This document shows positions 60,501-64,000 of a stretch of 64,000 nucleotides of DNA, one piece after another (the first letter of the stretch is position 1; each line of letters opens with the position of its first letter). The stretch covers positions 140,244,001 through 140,308,000 of the forward strand of contig NC_082709.1 in assembly GCF_030144855.1 (NCBI RefSeq), written 5' to 3'. This DNA comes from Hypanus sabinus. Lineage: Eukaryota. The position numbers were made by a program, and so were the translations under genes. Under the pieces are notes generated by a model. The model saw only the letters and a list, made by a program, of their open reading frames with translations, had not been told where the DNA came from and made no database searches.

Positions 60501-62996
60501 CAGGCCCCCATTTTCCACCACAGTAACAAAGCCTGGGGGTGAGCATCACATTTCCACAACTGGCTCACCGGTCCATGCCTTTGTGCATAGGCTGGACTCA
60601 GAAAAGCTGGCCAGCACGAAGGCTGAGTTTGCTGACATGGAAATGCTTGGCACTGTACACAGGTCAGAAAGCCCTTGGGCTTCACCTCTCCACGTGGTAC
60701 CTAAGCCCAATCATGGTTGTTCTTCATGTGCCACCTTTACGAAGCCAGCACCACCGGTCTCAAAATTGCTGTTGGAACCCTGTTTGGCCGATTTCAGATT
60801 CAGTGCATGCTGCTTCAGCTGAAAAATACAGCACAGATATTTTACCGACTAATGACTCTGTTGCTTGACCGAGACACCATCCCTGCACATAAGGTGCGTG
60901 AACAATACATTAGTTCAGTATGGACCCTATGCCCAAATATTGGATCTGGTTGGGTCATAGTCGATGAATTCTGCATTGATGGTGCTCATCAACCTACTGT
61001 CAGCGTATTTAAGAGTAACATCCTGGACAATGTGTGCCAAAGTCACTTCATACCCTATGGGAGTAGTTTATATATGACAGTGAATATTGTCGATGTAGCC
61101 AAAGACAGCCTTTGAAGTGGCTGGCAAATTTGTAATCAACATCTCAGTGTAGAGCAATGGAATTGGGAAATGTTTGGAATTCTGCTTGATGTTCAAAGAC
61201 AGTTAATGCAGAGGAAGTACATTGCATCACAAAGCAGGAACTGCTCCAAATCCAGCATTACCTTAGTTAACTCTGTTGACTCTGAAGAATTACTATGAGT
61301 TGCAGGATGTATTAAAAGAGCACAATTCGCTTCAGAATTACCTCACCCAAGCATCATTCTAGGTGAGCACTGTGTCACCGATCTGCCCATCAGACATTCC
61401 CACAAACATGTATGCCATGGAGGGTGACATTTTCAAAGCAAGAATGGTTAAGGACTGTGTGGTGAGACTGTTTTTAAGTACTTCTTTTGCCAAAAACTTA
61501 ATGAAATGTCCATCTGCCGTTCAATTTCAGTAGTTAACCTGACATCCCATGGATGCCAGGCTGGAGTGTTTTGGCTTCTAGAAGCACTGTTCATTTTGTA
61601 TGAACAACACTTCCTGTATGTAATTTGTTTTTTTTATTTTATTCTCTTTTTGCGTAGGTTAATTCAGATATTAACTTGAAGCATGTGCTGTAGGAAGATA
61701 TTCATCTGAATCCACTCTTCATTTGCCCTTGAAATATCAATATCTGTGAGTCATAAGCTTTCTCAACATTGGTAAGCATTTACAAGATGTATTTTGAAGG
61801 AAGTATTACATTTATCATTTGCTATGAAGCTATTGTTCTGGCACAGGCTCACTCTGATCTACACGGAGTAGTTACGGAATGTAGCGTGAGTGTATTAACC
61901 GGTTTAACATTGATCATGAGACTAATTGATAGTATTGGTATATTCAGGTGTTAGGTGATTCTGTATTGGATCTAATATGTATTTTATTTACCTTAATGCA
62001 GTTTCAGATGTTTTTCACGTTAAAAGACCTGAAGAAAGCTTCCAGCTTGGGCGGTTTTTGTGAAGGTGTTTAAATCCCTGTGGAGTTTTGTACAAATGAA
62101 CTGCAAGGGCAGTTGAGTACAATATTGCCTAGAGTTTTTAGTGGAGCTGCTCGGGATGTTTCACACAAGTATTGGACCCATTCCCCTTAACAGCTTTAGT
62201 CCCTTGATGTATTTGTTTTTGGCAATATTGTAAAGCACTGGGAATTTTACTTAACTTCATCATAACACACAAGTAACAGTATATGTTTTCCTGTAATGCA
62301 GGCTGCAACCTATTTATCCTAACATTTATAAAGACGAGTGTTCCTACTTTTATAGTTAATCTGGATGCTTTTGAAAACATTCATGCATGCGTTCTTCATA
62401 TTCATTAACATCATTGTCTCCTGTCCAACACTGATTCTTTATGCCCGTCTACAGTCCAAGGGATACAATTTCTTTGGGCTCTCACTGGATCAGTTCAAGG
62501 TACGTTTAGATCGATATTTCATTCATCCTCCACCTTCAATAGAGGTGTTGGGAACTACCACCTGTGGCAGGACTCCGGTTGAAGCCAACCTCACCAAACA
62601 CTAAGAAGCGTCTCTTGGCATGGGCCTTGTTCAAACAGGGCCTGGGAAAGGCAGGGGTACAGCATCTAGTTCGTCTTCAGACTCTGGTGCTAATTGTTCC
62701 TTTTCAATCACTGAGGTGTTTATACTTCGCCTGTTCTTCCTGTGTTTTTCTCTTCTTTTACTTTTGCTCATTTTCTCTACTTTTTACAGGATTTATCTGA
62801 CTTTTTGCATTTCAAGTCAACACAGATCACCCTACAATCTTCTCACAATTACTTTCTCTAAAACACACCCGCAGACACTCACACAGTCCATTCTGCCATA
62901 CAATTATTAACAAGCTAATTGGTCTCTCGTCCATAATGTACAATCATGGCCACTAATGGAGTCCTTCAGAGGTCTCGGATAGGGAACTGACACAAA

Positions 62997-63085
<89 letters not shown>

Positions 63086-64000
63086 TCTTCTATGCTTATT
63101 TTTAAACAATACTTTTCATACTATCAGAGGTAGGTTTATTACACAGCAAGAGGTAAATGTCTGCAATGCATTTCAGGGGGTGATGGTAAAGGCAGATACA
63201 TTAGGTACTCTTTCATGTCAGCTTGATAAACACATGGATGAAAGAAAAAAGAAGAGATTTTGGTTGTAGAGAATGGAATATTGTGGGCTGAATGGCCTGC
63301 ATTGTGTTCTGCTCTTCTATCTCCTATGCTCACTCTTTTCTGTTCTTTGCTGTCTCTCTACTGGTGTGTTTTCACATTAAATCTCTTTTGGAAAATCTAT
63401 TACTTCCAACAACTCCCAAATTTTGTTCCCGTAAAACTTTTTCATTGATCCTGCCAGAAAGTAGAAGGGAAACCACAGAATGAATAATCCATGTTCATCA
63501 TCAACTAGGAGGAACTATTCAAAGTTCTCAACACTGACTGAAGCCTTGACCTAAGTGCTCTGCAATTCCTACTGAAGATCTAGACTTCAGTAGAGCTGAA
63601 CTCCCCTGTCAACTGTCCAAAGAGAAAGACCTGCCAGAACACCACAGGGGTTTTGTATTTGTGACCGTGTTACAGACATTGGACATTACTTCTCAAGTTG
63701 TCACACCTGCTGGGAAAATTCCCAAACCTCACCAACTCCCCATTTTCCATCACAGTAACAAAGCCTGGGGGTGAGCATCACATTTCCACAACTGGCTCAC
63801 CGGTCCATGCCTTTGTGCATAGGCTGGACTCAGAAAACCTGGCCAGCATGAAGGCTGAGTTTGCTGACATGGAAATGCTTGGCACTGTACACAAGTTGAA
63901 AAGTCCTTGGGCTTCACCTCGCCACCTGGTCCACATGGTCCATAAACTGTACATATGGCGGTCACCACCACCTTAATGAGACCAGCACCTCCAGGCATTA
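57103..64000. repeat. Tandem segmental duplication, ~3.2-3.4-kb unit, two full copies plus the start of a third
   Basis: Anchor acctgctggg at ~57103, ~60473 and ~63705; core offset 3299 bp (58381 vs 61680). Confidence 0.95.
63001..63084. repeat. (CA)n microsatellite
   Basis: 34 uninterrupted CA units at 63001-63068, one interruption, then 7 more. Confidence 0.98.

Overview
Repeat-dense vertebrate genomic DNA. The mix of CR1, Rex1/Babar, Penelope-like, V-SINE-like, Ty3/Gypsy, L1/Tx1 and hAT elements suggests a cartilaginous fish (inference; no search run). Most ORF-track entries are decayed transposon fragments or chance ORFs. One host gene is well supported on the + strand: a type I membrane receptor with a leader exon (7552-7606), one CD2/SLAM/CEACAM-type V domain lacking the B-strand Cys (7712-8056) and a TM exon (17518-17637). 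Its most likely terminal exon (36819-36910) encodes DDIYVKM, a YxxM motif, for about 203 aa in total. The Penelope-derived repeats carry minimal type I hammerhead ribozyme motifs: one is fully intact (41686-41719, -), and one has a palindrome-preserving ACGU->AAUU change (48477-48512). Also present are a nested 10-kb Gypsy element, two hAT elements with 8-bp TSDs, and weakly supported tail exons of a possible second, convergent receptor gene (- strand, 37.7-39.5 kb). At the right end is a ~3.3-kb tandem repeat whose ~1-kb core is 99.6% identical between copies, while its flanks are only about 80-86% identical. Transposon boundaries without TSD support are approximate.
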